Below, piece after piece: positions 40,909 through 51,015 of a stretch of 64,000 nucleotides of DNA (its first letter is position 1; each line of letters starts with the position of its first letter). A model generated the notes under the pieces. It did not search any database. It had not been told where the DNA came from and was given only the letters and a program-made list of their open reading frames with translations. Origin of the DNA: an uncultured Chlamydiae bacterium (GTDB lineage: Bacteria > Chlamydiota > Chlamydiia > Chlamydiales > SM23-39). The stretch spans positions 394,416-458,415 of the forward strand of contig CAVSSM010000002.1 of the NCBI GenBank assembly GCA_963730605.1, in the 5' to 3' direction. The translations under genes and the position numbers were made by a program.

Positions 40909-43011
40909 ATGAGCAAACGACCCGAAACCGACAAACTTGAAAATGTTCGCAACATTGGCATCATGGCCCACATCGATGCGGGCAAGACGACTACGACCGA
41001 ACGTATTCTGTTCTATTCCGGCCGCGTCCACCGGATCGGCGAAGTGCACGAAGGAGCCGCGACCATGGACTTCATGGAGCAGGAGCGGGAGCGAGGGATC
41101 ACGATTACCTCGGCTGCGACGACCGTCTATTGGAAAGATTGCAAGATCAATATCATCGACACCCCCGGCCACGTCGACTTCACCATCGAAGTGGAGAGGT
41201 CTCTCCGCGTTCTCGACGGCGCTGTAGCTGTTTTTGATGCGGTTGCGGGCGTGCAGCCTCAATCCGAAACCGTTTGGCGCCAGGCGGATCGCTACGGAGT
41301 TCCCCGGATTGCGTTCGTCAATAAAATGGACCGGATCGGCGCTGACTTTTTCAATGCCGTCAAGACGATGCGCGAAAAACTCCACGCCAATGCGATCCCG
41401 GTCCAATGTCCGATCGGCGCCGAATCCGAATTCAAAGGGATGGTCGACCTCATCGCGATGAAGGCTTACCTCTTCCACGATGAAACGATGGGGGCTAAAT
41501 ACGACATCGAGAACGATTCCGGCCGATCTTCTCGACCAGTGCAAAAAAATGCGGATGGAACTTCTCGAAGAGCTCGCGACGATCGACGAAGCGAACGAAG
41601 AATTCATGATGAAAGTCCTCGAAGATCCCGATTCGATCACCGAAGAGGAGATCCACGCAGCCATCCGCAAAGGGGTTATCACGAACAAATTCAACCCGGT
41701 TCTTATGCGGCACCGCCTTCAAAAATAAAGGAGTTCAGCAAATCCTCGACGCCGTCGTCCGCTGGATGCCCTCTCCCCTCGATCGCGGGATGATTAAAGG
41801 CCATAAGCTCGACTCCGAAGAGTGGATCGAAATCGCGCCTTCAGACGATAGCCCGCTCTCCGCGCTTGGCGTTCAAGATCATGACCGACCCTTATGTCGG
41901 AAGACTGACCTTTATCCGCATCTACAGTGGAACGCTTGTCAAAAGGGACGCAGCCTCATCAATACGACGAAAGACAAGGACGAACGGATCTCTCGCCTTC
42001 TCGAGATGCATGCGAACCAGCGCAAAGACCGAGACGAATTCTTTACGGGAGACATCGCCGCCGTGCATCGGCTTGAAATACACGAGCACGGGAGACACGC
42101 TCTGCTCAGAAGACGACTCCTCTTCTCCTTGAAAAGATGAATTTCCCCGAGCCGGTCATTTCGATGGCGATCGAGCCGAAATCGAAAGCTGACCGAGAAA
42201 AGCTGTCCAATGGCTCTGGGCGCTCTTTCTGAAGAAGATCCCACTTTCCGCGTGAAGACGAACGAAGAAACAGGACAGACGATCATCATGGGAATGGGCG
42301 AGCTCCACCTCGAGATCCTCCGCGACCGGATGTTCCGCGAATTCGCCGTCGAAGCGAACGTAGGAAAACCAGAAGTTTCTTACAAAGAGACGATCACGAT
42401 CCCAGCAAGCACAGAAACCAAGTACGTCAAACAGATCCGGCGGCCGCGGGCAATACGCTCACGTATGCCTGGAAATCGAACCGAACGAGCCTGGCAAAGG
42501 CAACGAGATCGTCAGCAAGATCGTCGGCGGCGTCATTCCGAAGGAATACATCATCCTGCTGTATCAAAGGGATCGAAGAAGGCCTCGCAGACAGGCGTTC
42601 TGGCCGGCTATCCGCTCGTCGACATGAAAGTCGCGATCACATACGGATCGTACCACGAAGTCGACTCCAACGAAATGGCGTTTAAGATTTGCGCCTCGAT
42701 GGCGGTCAAAGAGGCTGCACGGAAAGCAAAGCCGATTCATCCTCGAACCGATCATGAAAGTCGTCGTCGACGACGCCTGAACACAAACATGGGCGACGTG
42801 ATCGGCGACATCAACCGCCGCCGCGGCAAGATCCTCGGCCAGGAGTCCGTCAAAGGGATCGTCGACGTCACGCTGAAGTGCCTCTCAGCGAGATGTTTGG
42901 CTATTCAACCAACTGCGCTCGATGACTTCAGGACGCGCCACCTATACGATGGAGCCAAGCCATTTCGAGCGGGTTCCCACAAAAATTCAAGAAGAAATTT
43001 GTAAAAAGTAA
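40909..43011 (+). CDS. fusA: Elongation factor G (many apparent frameshifts)
   Basis: [33 protein letters not shown] and GSYHEVDS. Confidence 0.96.
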
Positions 43012-43017
43012 GAGATT

Positions 43018-43338
43018 ATGGTGCAAAAGCAACCCAAGAAAAAAAATACGGATCCGCCTCAAGGCGTTCGACCAGCGGATGCTTGACCGGTCGGTTCAGA
43101 TATCGTCGAGACAGCCAAGCGCACAGGCGCCCGCGTCGTAGGGCCGATTCCGCTCCCGACAAGACGAGAGATCTATACCGTTCTTCGCTCACCTCACGTA
43201 GACCGCAAGTCCCGCGAGCAGTTTGAGATGAGAACCCACATCCGCGTCCTCGATCTTCTCGATCCCACCCTCGACACGATCGACAAACTCAAAGTTCTCC
43301 CTGTCGCTGCCGGCGTTGATATCAAAATCAAGGCTTAA
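43018..43338 (+). CDS. rpsJ: 30S ribosomal protein S10 (apparent frameshifts)
   Basis: [25 protein letters not shown] and GVDIKIKA by manual translation. Confidence 0.93.
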
Positions 43339-43409
43339 GGTGACCACCCTCAGGCCCCCCATGGCCTGGGATTGGCTCTCGCCGCGCTTGGAGGGTGTTA
43401 GGGTATAGG

Positions 43410-44249
43410 TTAGGCTCTCGAGTTAATCGGCTTAGAAGCCTTCTTAACGTCCCTATTTAGCATCAGAGTTGGAGTCTTTGGATCGTTTATTTTTTGCAAT
43501 TCCTTTTGCCGGGATCTCCGTTTTGCATAAAGACCTAGCCCGACTCCCATAACGCCGACTCCCGCAAAGATTGCCCCAATTGGCCAGACTTTTGCCTGGG
43601 ATGACGCGGGAGATGCAGTACTATTCCCCTCAGCGGAGTCAGTAGAATCTTTAGCTTTGGTCTTTAGGAAATGACCCCTGAAATTCTTAAGCGATGCAGA
43701 AAAGTGTTCCAAGATTTTTTCTTCATCTTCAACTTTAGGTACCATGAGATCGCGTACTTTTTCGCTACCGTAAGCGACCCTGAGTGGCTCGGCTTCATTA
43801 AAATAGATTATATTTTTGTCTGCGGAGTCCACAGACATATATTCAACCATATACTTACGCAACCCGTCCCTCTTCCCGTCCATTCCTATGCTCGTATAAT
43901 CTAAAATCTGAAATGCAAATTTTATTTCGGTATTATTAGAATAAAAAAACATGCTCAAAATCTTATCGTAACTGATTTGGAATAAAATCTTAGAATCGGG
44001 CGCGTCAGGAATATCGCATTCAGCCCTACATTTCGGCTTTTCGGGATTCTTCCACGTCTCTTCTTCAAAACAACGAGGATAAAGATTGCAAGATGTTAAA
44101 GCGTCCCCCCAAACCACTGACAATAATTCAAATAATTTATTTGCAAATTGCGCTACTTTAGGCTCATTAGAGGGATCGAATACATCATTTCGATATTTTC
44201 GACAAAAATCCGATAACTGATTAGTAGTGTTTAATGCTACTATTGACAT
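43410..44249 (-). CDS. AT-rich hypothetical protein with a C-terminal transmembrane helix
   Basis: 279 aa, GGAGG RBS, IGAIFAGVGVMGVGLGLY followed by a basic tail. Confidence 0.75.
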   Translation of the reverse strand: MSIVALNTTNQLSDFCRKYRNDVFDPSNEPKVAQFANKLFELLSVVWGDALTSCNLYPRCFEEETWKNPEKPKCRAECDIPDAPDSKILFQISYDKILSMFFYSNNTEIKFAFQILDYTSIGMDGKRDGLRKYMVEYMSVDSADKNIIYFNEAEPLRVAYGSEKVRDLMVPKVEDEEKILEHFSASLKNFRGHFLKTKAKDSTDSAEGNSTASPASSQAKVWPIGAIFAGVGVMGVGLGLYAKRRSRQKELQKINDPKTPTLMLNRDVKKASKPINSRA

Positions 44250-44358
44250 ACGCCTCCATTTGACGAGCGAATTTTAGCAGAAATGAACGAAAAATTCAAT
44301 AAATAGACTATCAAATAAATAATTTGATCACTGTGGACGCACTAGAAATTATTTTAAT

Positions 44359-44716
44359 CTATTCGCTGGTATCAGACCCTGCCGTTTGGGTCGTCTGCAT
44401 CTCATAGCTGTCGAAAATATAGGGAGGCGGAGAACTTTGATGGACCCGCTTCGAGACCACTTTCCCGTCTTTGATCAGCAAGAAATAATGCCTCTCCTCG
44501 GTATCGCGGCCTCCCACTTTGAACCGTTCGATATATTCATATTCTTCCGTACCGTCTTCTTTTTTGTGGATCGCGTACGGTTCGCCTGCAAGTTGCGACC
44601 ACCTCATTTTGCGAAGACCCTAAAGGGATGTCAAAAAAAGCTTGATTCGTCATAAGAGAGCCGCCAGAGGCGCAGGCCGATAATGCGAGCAGCAGCGCAA
44701 AAAGTTCTCTTTTCAA
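44359..44716 (-). CDS. Small lipoprotein (BamE/SmpA-like pattern), one apparent frameshift at ~44590
   Basis: TTG start gives MKRELFALLLALSAC lipobox; IPLGSSQNEVV..AGEPY. Confidence 0.65.
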
Positions 44717-45219
44717 AATTCTTCGTCCCCTTCGCTTTCTTGTTCTTCGTCCGAACTCGGGACCTCGTTTGTCCTCTGCCAGATCCTCGCTTCGATCTGG
44801 GTGCGGAACTGGTCGCTCGTCACATACTCGCCCCGCATCTCGTAGCTTCCGTCGGGCTGGACCGTATAGGTCTCGAACCCTTCAAAATTCATGTCGTTAT
44901 TGCGGAACTCCCAAGCGATCGCCTGCTCATCGTAGAGGCCCGTTCCGGCGATCCGGCCGATGTTCGGATTTTCCATATCGACGCAGAACGTTTTCTGCTG
45001 GAAATCATAGAATGTGAGTTCGTTCTGCATGTTGTCGGCAAGGCCTTGGATCTGGATCTCTTGAGAAGCTCCTACTTTGCCGGCAAAATCGCGGTTTTGG
45101 ACGGTCCAGTTGGTATTGAAGATCAGCTCTTCTTCTACCATGTTCAAGACGATTTTGCCCTCGCCGTACCAACTGCCCGGCGAGAAGATGAAAAGGTGGG
45201 TGAACCGTTCTCTATCCAT
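44713..45219 (-). CDS. Hypothetical protein
   Basis: 168 aa, coupled to the rodA stop, acidic tail. Confidence 0.75.
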   Translation of the reverse strand: MDRERFTHLFIFSPGSWYGEGKIVLNMVEEELIFNTNWTVQNRDFAGKVGASQEIQIQGLADNMQNELTFYDFQQKTFCVDMENPNIGRIAGTGLYDEQAIAWEFRNNDMNFEGFETYTVQPDGSYEMRGEYVTSDQFRTQIEARIWQRTNEVPSSDEEQESEGDEEF

Positions 45220-46337
45220 CAAAACATGAACCTTCTGCTGTATATGCTCTGTAGTAGGCCGAGCGCCGCCATGGTCGTCAAAAGCGAACTGCCTCCGTAG
45301 GTCACCAAGATGAGAGGGACGCCCGATATCGGCAGAAGAGCGCACATCATCGCGGTATTCACTAGCACATGCATGGCGAGATAAGCTGCCAGCCCTGCGG
45401 CAAGCAGCCGCCCAAAGGGATCCTTGGCCACTGCCGCCACCTGAAAACTAAAATAGATCAAAGCATAAAAAAGGAACAGCAAGAACACAACTCCCACAAA
45501 TCCAAACTCCTCGCCAAACGCCGCGAAGACCGAATCGGTGTGGGCGTAAGGGAGCCATTTGCGGCCGGAGAACTCGCTGCCCCTCCATCCCGTCCCAGTC
45601 AGGCCCCCAATGGCGATCGCCGTCTCCGCCGCCTTCTGGTGATAGGTGTTGGGATTAAGCCTCTCATATTGATATTCTTTCATGAAGGAGGTGAAGTAGG
45701 GGCGCATCTTTTCATGCGAGACGATCCCAAGGAAAAAGAGCCCGACTATGAAAAGGGCGGCGATGCCGCAGCTTAAGCCGAAGCGGAAGACCCCTTTATG
45801 GATCCCACCCACATATCCGAGAGTCATTGCAATCGGATAAAGGACAAGCGCCGTTCCCAAATCGGGCTGTTTCAAGATCAAAAGGAATGGAATCCCCGCG
45901 ATCGCAGCCATCTGGAAGGACGAGCGGAATGTATGGACGCTATTTCCTTTTCGCTCCAGGAACCAGCTCAAAGCGATCACGACGATCAGCTTCGCCTGTT
46001 CGGAGGGCTGGAGGCTGGCAAGATGGGGGATCCGATACCACCGGTGGACATTTTGGATGGGGCTTACGAAAAAAAGGCCCAAGAGGAGCAGGATGATGGC
46101 AACATAAAGAAATAGGCTCCACTGCCGCAGGCGCCGGTAATCGAAGAGGGCCGCGGCGAAAAAGACGGCCCAGCCCAAGCAAAACCAGCGGAGCTGTGTT
46201 TTTACGAGCGGGGTCCAAAAAACGGAGCTCTCAACCTCTCCCTGGTTCCCCGTCATCGATGAGATGATAAAAAGGCTGATCCCCATCAGACACACGATGA
46301 TCGGCAACACGCGGAAGTCAATGCGGGAAAGGGGCAT
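45219..46337 (-). CDS. rodA: Rod shape-determining SEDS protein
   Basis: QPSEQAK, QPDLGTA, HTDSVFA..GEEFG and TYGGSS. Confidence 0.93.
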   Translation of the reverse strand: MPLSRIDFRVLPIIVCLMGISLFIISSMTGNQGEVESSVFWTPLVKTQLRWFCLGWAVFFAAALFDYRRLRQWSLFLYVAIILLLLGLFFVSPIQNVHRWYRIPHLASLQPSEQAKLIVVIALSWFLERKGNSVHTFRSSFQMAAIAGIPFLLILKQPDLGTALVLYPIAMTLGYVGGIHKGVFRFGLSCGIAALFIVGLFFLGIVSHEKMRPYFTSFMKEYQYERLNPNTYHQKAAETAIAIGGLTGTGWRGSEFSGRKWLPYAHTDSVFAAFGEEFGFVGVVFLLFLFYALIYFSFQVAAVAKDPFGRLLAAGLAAYLAMHVLVNTAMMCALLPISGVPLILVTYGGSSLLTTMAALGLLQSIYSRRFMF

Positions 46338-46356
46338 ATACAGTATTGTATACACT

Positions 46357-47088
46357 ATGCAAATAACGGAAATCCATTTCGATTCAATCGATTCGACAAG
46401 CTCCTATGCAAAGCGGGAATACCCATCGTTCTCGCGGGACAAGATGACCGTCGTCACCGCAGACGAGCAGACAGCGGGTTATGGCCGCTACAAAAGAAAA
46501 TGGGTCTCTCCGAAAGGGGTCAATCTCTATGCGACCTTTTGCTTTCGATTGCCATCCAATGCCCTTCACCTTTCGAGCCTTGCAGAGGTCATGGGCTTGA
46601 GCCTAGCCTCGATGCTCATCGAAGAAGGGCTTCACCCTAAGATCAAATGGCCAAACGATGTGCAGCTCAATGACAAAAAAGTGTCGGGAGTTCTGTGCGA
46701 GACGGTTTTTGAAAAGGACTCCATTCAGATTTTCTTAGGGATCGGGATCAATGTGAATATGGAAAAGGAGGCCCTTGCGAGAATCGACCAGCCGGCGACC
46801 TCTCTGAAAAACGAAACAGGGCGCCCCTGGGACGCAAAAGCCTTTTTGAAAAAATTGGAAACCCGCTTTTTAGCCGATCTAGAGCGTTTTAAGAAAGAGG
46901 GCTTCGCTCCTTTCAAGGGCCGCGTGGAAAAGCTTTTGGCTTACAAAGGAGAAAGAATTCGCTGCTTCGATGGAAAAAAAGAATGGGTCGGCGTCTGCCA
47001 CTCGCTCAGTCCAGAAGGACTCCTGAATCTCTCTTTGCCGGACGGGACCATCCACGTAGTCCATTCAGGGGATATATTCACTGGCTAA
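46357..47088 (+). CDS. birA: Biotin-protein ligase
   Basis: DSTS, QTAGYGR, KWPND, KVSGVL and GIGIN. Confidence 0.95.
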   Translation: MQITEIHFDSIDSTSSYAKREYPSFSRDKMTVVTADEQTAGYGRYKRKWVSPKGVNLYATFCFRLPSNALHLSSLAEVMGLSLASMLIEEGLHPKIKWPNDVQLNDKKVSGVLCETVFEKDSIQIFLGIGINVNMEKEALARIDQPATSLKNETGRPWDAKAFLKKLETRFLADLERFKKEGFAPFKGRVEKLLAYKGERIRCFDGKKEWVGVCHSLSPEGLLNLSLPDGTIHVVHSGDIFTG

Positions 47089-47804
47089 AGCACAGGCACG
47101 ACTGTCAGAGTTGGATGAATCCGGCTTTTAATGATTTGCTGGATGGCGGTGAGGGTCGATCCAGTGGAAGAATGGCAGGTGGTGCAAGACCCCTCATAGG
47201 CGATATGCACCTCGCCATTTTCCTTGAGCTCGACAATCTTGATCCCGCCGGCGTCGAGTTCGATATAAGGGCGGATCTCCTTGTCGATCACCTCTTCGAT
47301 GATCTTCACTTTTTGCAGGTGGGTGAAACCATCCCATCCAGGCATTCCGCCGGGATTTTCCGATGAGTCCCACTCAATGGGAGTGACGTCGAAATCGGTG
47401 GCCGCATAGGGGATGTCGATGCACTGGTGGACGGCAAAGTCGATGGCTGCGATAGCCTGGTTGAGAAAAGAAAAGGCTTCTTTCGAAAATGCCGGGATCT
47501 CTTTGCGGTCGCGAACGAAACTGTCGAGAAGATCGGCCGAAATCCGGGAAGCCTGGTCGTAATTTTTCCGAAGGACCAGCTCGCTCGCAATTTCTCCGGC
47601 GGCGATCAAGGCGGGCGGCCCGAATACTTGGAACTTTGCATCGGCGATAATCCCATCCCCCTCGTCCACGAGCCAATAAAGACAAAGATTCCCCTCGCGG
47701 CCCGTAACGAGGCGCATGTGCTTTTCTTCGGCCTCCTTGACGGTGAAATAGCCAACGAACCTTAGATGGTCGAGCTTCCCTTGCACCTTTTTAGTGAATT
47801 CCAT
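47085..47804 (-). CDS. NifU-family protein (IscU-like + Nfu domain)
   Basis: DAKFQVFG; IRPYIELDAGG..YEGSCTTC. Confidence 0.88.
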   Translation of the reverse strand: MEFTKKVQGKLDHLRFVGYFTVKEAEEKHMRLVTGREGNLCLYWLVDEGDGIIADAKFQVFGPPALIAAGEIASELVLRKNYDQASRISADLLDSFVRDRKEIPAFSKEAFSFLNQAIAAIDFAVHQCIDIPYAATDFDVTPIEWDSSENPGGMPGWDGFTHLQKVKIIEEVIDKEIRPYIELDAGGIKIVELKENGEVHIAYEGSCTTCHSSTGSTLTAIQQIIKSRIHPTLTVVPVL

Positions 47805-48892
47805 CAGAAGAGATCCTCCGAAATTTTCCTGAGCTCCTGCACCCGATCGACCACCAGGCGGGCGGCCCTGAGGACCTCCTCTTGGCTCGTCATCCGGGAA
47901 AGCGAAAAACTTAAACCACATTCTCCCTCGAGCCCGGAAGAGGCGAGGATGCTATGCAAGTGCGGAGAGTAATCTCCTCCTAGGTTTGGATAAAGGCCTT
48001 TGCGGCATGAAAAATAATGGAGAGCCTCGGCATGGACACGGGGAAAAAAGAGCGCTGTGGTATTGGGCAAGCGGGGAGATTCCTTGTAGAGGATTTTCAT
48101 ATCGGGAAGCTGTTTTTGGATTTCGGTTTCGAATAAATCCCGAAGGCGCGCCCCTTCCAGACCCATCGAATCGAGGGAAAGGGTGGCAAGACGGGCGGCA
48201 GCGCCGAGGGCGGCAAGCGATGGGATATCGAGGGAGCCCCCCTTCAAGACATAGGGGACAAGAGGACTTCCCTTTTTAGCAAAGAGCGCGCCGGAGGACT
48301 TGACGCTATGGATCCGCTCGCCAGCGAAACTCAAGTAGTCGGCGCTGGACGTAGAAAATGAAAAATAGAGATTGCCGACGGCGTAGGAGGCGTCGAGGTG
48401 GAGCAAAACTTTCTTCTCCGAGGCTAGCCTGGAAATCTCTTCGATGGGCTGGATGACGCCGGTCAGCCCCTGGGCCATGCTGACGGAGATCAGTGCGGTG
48501 CGCGGAGTGATTAAGCTTGCCAGCTTCGCGACATTGATCTTTCCTTGCGTGTCGACAGGCGCGATTTTAACCAAGCAGCCAAGCTCCTCGCACCGCTTGA
48601 GCATCTGGAGAGTCGGCGCATCTTCGATGCAAGAGGTGATGAACTGCGTCTTCCCCTCTTTGCGGGAAATTTCAGAAAAAACAGACCAGATCGCCTGGCA
48701 AACCGCTTCAGCCCCCGACGAGGTGAAAACAAAAACGTCCTCCGGGGAAGCGGCGACCAAATCGTAAAGCGGGGCCGTAAGGGATGGCGGGTCCGGCGGC
48801 CTCTCTTGAAATGCAGCGGCCATCCTCTCTATCGCGGTTTGGCAGACCCGCGATTCGGTATGGGCATTGAGCTCGATTATCCCTTTGTCCAT
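47804..48892 (-). CDS. NifS/IscS-like class V aminotransferase, catalytic motifs degenerate
   Basis: FTSSGAEA, LTGVIQPI, HLDA and RLPNT. Confidence 0.85.
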   Translation of the reverse strand: MDKGIIELNAHTESRVCQTAIERMAAAFQERPPDPPSLTAPLYDLVAASPEDVFVFTSSGAEAVCQAIWSVFSEISRKEGKTQFITSCIEDAPTLQMLKRCEELGCLVKIAPVDTQGKINVAKLASLITPRTALISVSMAQGLTGVIQPIEEISRLASEKKVLLHLDASYAVGNLYFSFSTSSADYLSFAGERIHSVKSSGALFAKKGSPLVPYVLKGGSLDIPSLAALGAAARLATLSLDSMGLEGARLRDLFETEIQKQLPDMKILYKESPRLPNTTALFFPRVHAEALHYFSCRKGLYPNLGGDYSPHLHSILASSGLEGECGLSFSLSRMTSQEEVLRAARLVVDRVQELRKISEDLF

Positions 48893-49554
48893 TTTCCCCG
48901 GTCGTATGAATAGACGAGAGGGTCTCCCGTCGCGATCTCCAGTTTCACCACTTCCTCTTTCGAGAGCCCATCGAGATGCATGACGATGCCGCGGAGCGAA
49001 TTGCCGTGGGCGGCGATGAAGACGCTTTCCTCCTTTTCCAAATGGGGGATTATTTTTTGTTTGAAATAGGGGAGCGCCCTTGCTACCGTCATCTCTAAGC
49101 TCTCCCCATCCGGCGGGGCCGTAGCGTAGCTCCTCCGCCAAACCTGAACCTGTTCGGCCCCGAATTTTTTTGCCGTCTCGGCCTTGTTGAGCCCTTGCAG
49201 TTTTCCGTACATCCGCTCGTTCAGCTCCCACGCCATGGTGACGGGCCAAGTCCCTTTTTTCGCCGCTTCGCTATAAATCTTCGCCCACTCTTCGAGCTTC
49301 CCTTGCCCTGGATGCTGGAAAATGGGAATTTTGCCGCTTGAATGATGGAGAAGGGCCAGAACAACGGTCATCTGAGCGCGGATCAAACTCGATGTGAAGA
49401 TGACGTCGATGGGAAGGTCGCGGACCTTTTTGCCCCCTTCGATCGACTCTTGGATCCCCTCAGCGCTCAGCGGTATGTCGACCCACCCGGTGAAAAGATT
49501 TTGTTTGTTCCAAATCGACTGTCCGTGCCGCATCAAAATGAGTTTTGGAAGCAT
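48877..49554 (-). CDS. gpmA: 2,3-BPG-dependent phosphoglycerate mutase
   Basis: RHGQS.WN..NLFTGW, LNERMYG and AAHGNSLR. Confidence 0.96.
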   Translation of the reverse strand: MLPKLILMRHGQSIWNKQNLFTGWVDIPLSAEGIQESIEGGKKVRDLPIDVIFTSSLIRAQMTVVLALLHHSSGKIPIFQHPGQGKLEEWAKIYSEAAKKGTWPVTMAWELNERMYGKLQGLNKAETAKKFGAEQVQVWRRSYATAPPDGESLEMTVARALPYFKQKIIPHLEKEESVFIAAHGNSLRGIVMHLDGLSKEEVVKLEIATGDPLVYSYDRGKWTKG

Positions 49555-49611
49555 ATAAAAGAGTATAGCACATGGAGGAAAATAGGGCGATGGATTATAC
49601 TCAAATCTCTT

Positions 49612-50316
49612 ATGGAAAAGAAAAGATTGAGCAAGGCTTTGGCTGCAGCCGGGGTCGCATCGCGGAGGGCCTGTGAAGAATTGATTTTCAACGGCCGCGT
49701 CCAAGTCAACGGGACCACAGTCGCGATCCCTCAGACTCTTGTCGACTGGGACACAGACAAGATCCTCGTGGACGGATCGGCTGTCCGGGGAGAAGAGGAA
49801 AAAGTTCACTATATGCTCAACAAACCGGCAGGATATATCTGCTCCAGCGTCAGGCCCGGAAACAAGCCGATCATCCTCGACCTCTTTCCCAATGCCGAAA
49901 AAAGGCTCTTCACGGTGGGCCGCCTCGATAAAGAAAGTCAGGGGCTCCTCCTCGTGACCAACGACGGGCATTTTTCCAACCAAGTCATCCATCCGCGCCA
50001 CCGGATCGTCAAGGAATATGTTGTCAAAGCGGCCCAGGAAATCACGGGCGATACCCTTGGCATTCTTGCGGAAGGGGCTAGGGTCGATAACCGCTGGGTG
50101 CGCCCTGTTTTCGTGACCAAGGTTCGCCGCGGCACGGTAAAAATCTGCGTCAAAGAAGGGAAAAAGCACGAGATACGGATCATCGCCGAGAGAGCCGGCC
50201 TCGCGGTCTTAGAATTGACCCGGATCCGGATCGGGGGGCTTGTTCTCGGGTCGCTTCCGGAGGGGATGTTCAGGAAGCTCTCCTCCAAGGATAAAGAATT
50301 GCTCTTTTCTCGATAA
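49612..50316 (+). CDS. RsuA/RluB-family pseudouridine synthase
   Basis: S4 domain; VGRLDKESQGLLL. Confidence 0.92.
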   Translation: MEKKRLSKALAAAGVASRRACEELIFNGRVQVNGTTVAIPQTLVDWDTDKILVDGSAVRGEEEKVHYMLNKPAGYICSSVRPGNKPIILDLFPNAEKRLFTVGRLDKESQGLLLVTNDGHFSNQVIHPRHRIVKEYVVKAAQEITGDTLGILAEGARVDNRWVRPVFVTKVRRGTVKICVKEGKKHEIRIIAERAGLAVLELTRIRIGGLVLGSLPEGMFRKLSSKDKELLFSR

Positions 50317-50334
50317 TTATTTATCCTTTTTTCG

Positions 50335-51015
50335 ATGTTGACGATAGCCCGGCTTTTTGGAAAGTCCCCTTTTGCCCCGCTTCAGACCCACATGGACAAA
50401 GTCGCTTCATGCATTGGGGAGCTGCCGAATCTTTTCAAAGCGATTCTCGAACAAGACTCCGATGCAATCCAACGGATCCTCGACAAGATTTCCAAACTCG
50501 AACATGAAGCTGATCTGACCAAAAACGATATCCGCAACCATCTTCCCAGAAGTTTGTTTCTCCCTCTCGACCGAAGCGCTCTCCTCGCGATTCTTTCGCT
50601 CCAAGACGCTATTGCAGACCAGGCTGAAGAGATCGCCCAAACCGCCGCCCTGCTCCCATCGCCCATTGGGCTAATTCCCGAAATGAAAGACGATTTTTCA
50701 GCTCTTTGCCAAAAGAACGTCGAAGTATTTCGGCTGGCAAGGCAAGTGATCAAAGAACTGGAAGACCTTCTCGAATGTTCTTTTGGTGGGATCGAAGCGG
50801 AAAAGGTGAAAGGAATGGTGGAACAGATCGCATTTTATGAGTACGAGACGGCGCAAATCAAAAACAGGCTTCTCAAAACTCTTTATACCAAAGGGGAGCG
50901 CCTTCCCTACCCCTCCTTTCATCTCGGCTTGACCCTCATTCAGAAGATCAGCAATTTGGCCTATCTTTCCGAAAAACTCGGGAACCGGATCCGCATGTTG
51001 CTGGAGCTAACTTAA
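50335..51015 (+). CDS. DUF47/PhoU-like phosphate transport regulator
   Basis: LFGKSPFAPLQ.HM and LEHEAD; adjacent to the PiT gene. Confidence 0.9.
   Translation: MLTIARLFGKSPFAPLQTHMDKVASCIGELPNLFKAILEQDSDAIQRILDKISKLEHEADLTKNDIRNHLPRSLFLPLDRSALLAILSLQDAIADQAEEIAQTAALLPSPIGLIPEMKDDFSALCQKNVEVFRLARQVIKELEDLLECSFGGIEAEKVKGMVEQIAFYEYETAQIKNRLLKTLYTKGERLPYPSFHLGLTLIQKISNLAYLSEKLGNRIRMLLELT

Noticed and set aside
43011..43338. Absence of tuf after fusA and of rplC after rpsJ
   Set aside because: This arrangement is the normal chlamydial gene order.
47804..50316. Long ORF-track extensions of nifS (481 aa), gpmA (430 aa) and rluB (324 aa)
   Set aside because: The extensions overlap neighbouring genes. 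Homology-based starts are 48892, 49554 and 49612.
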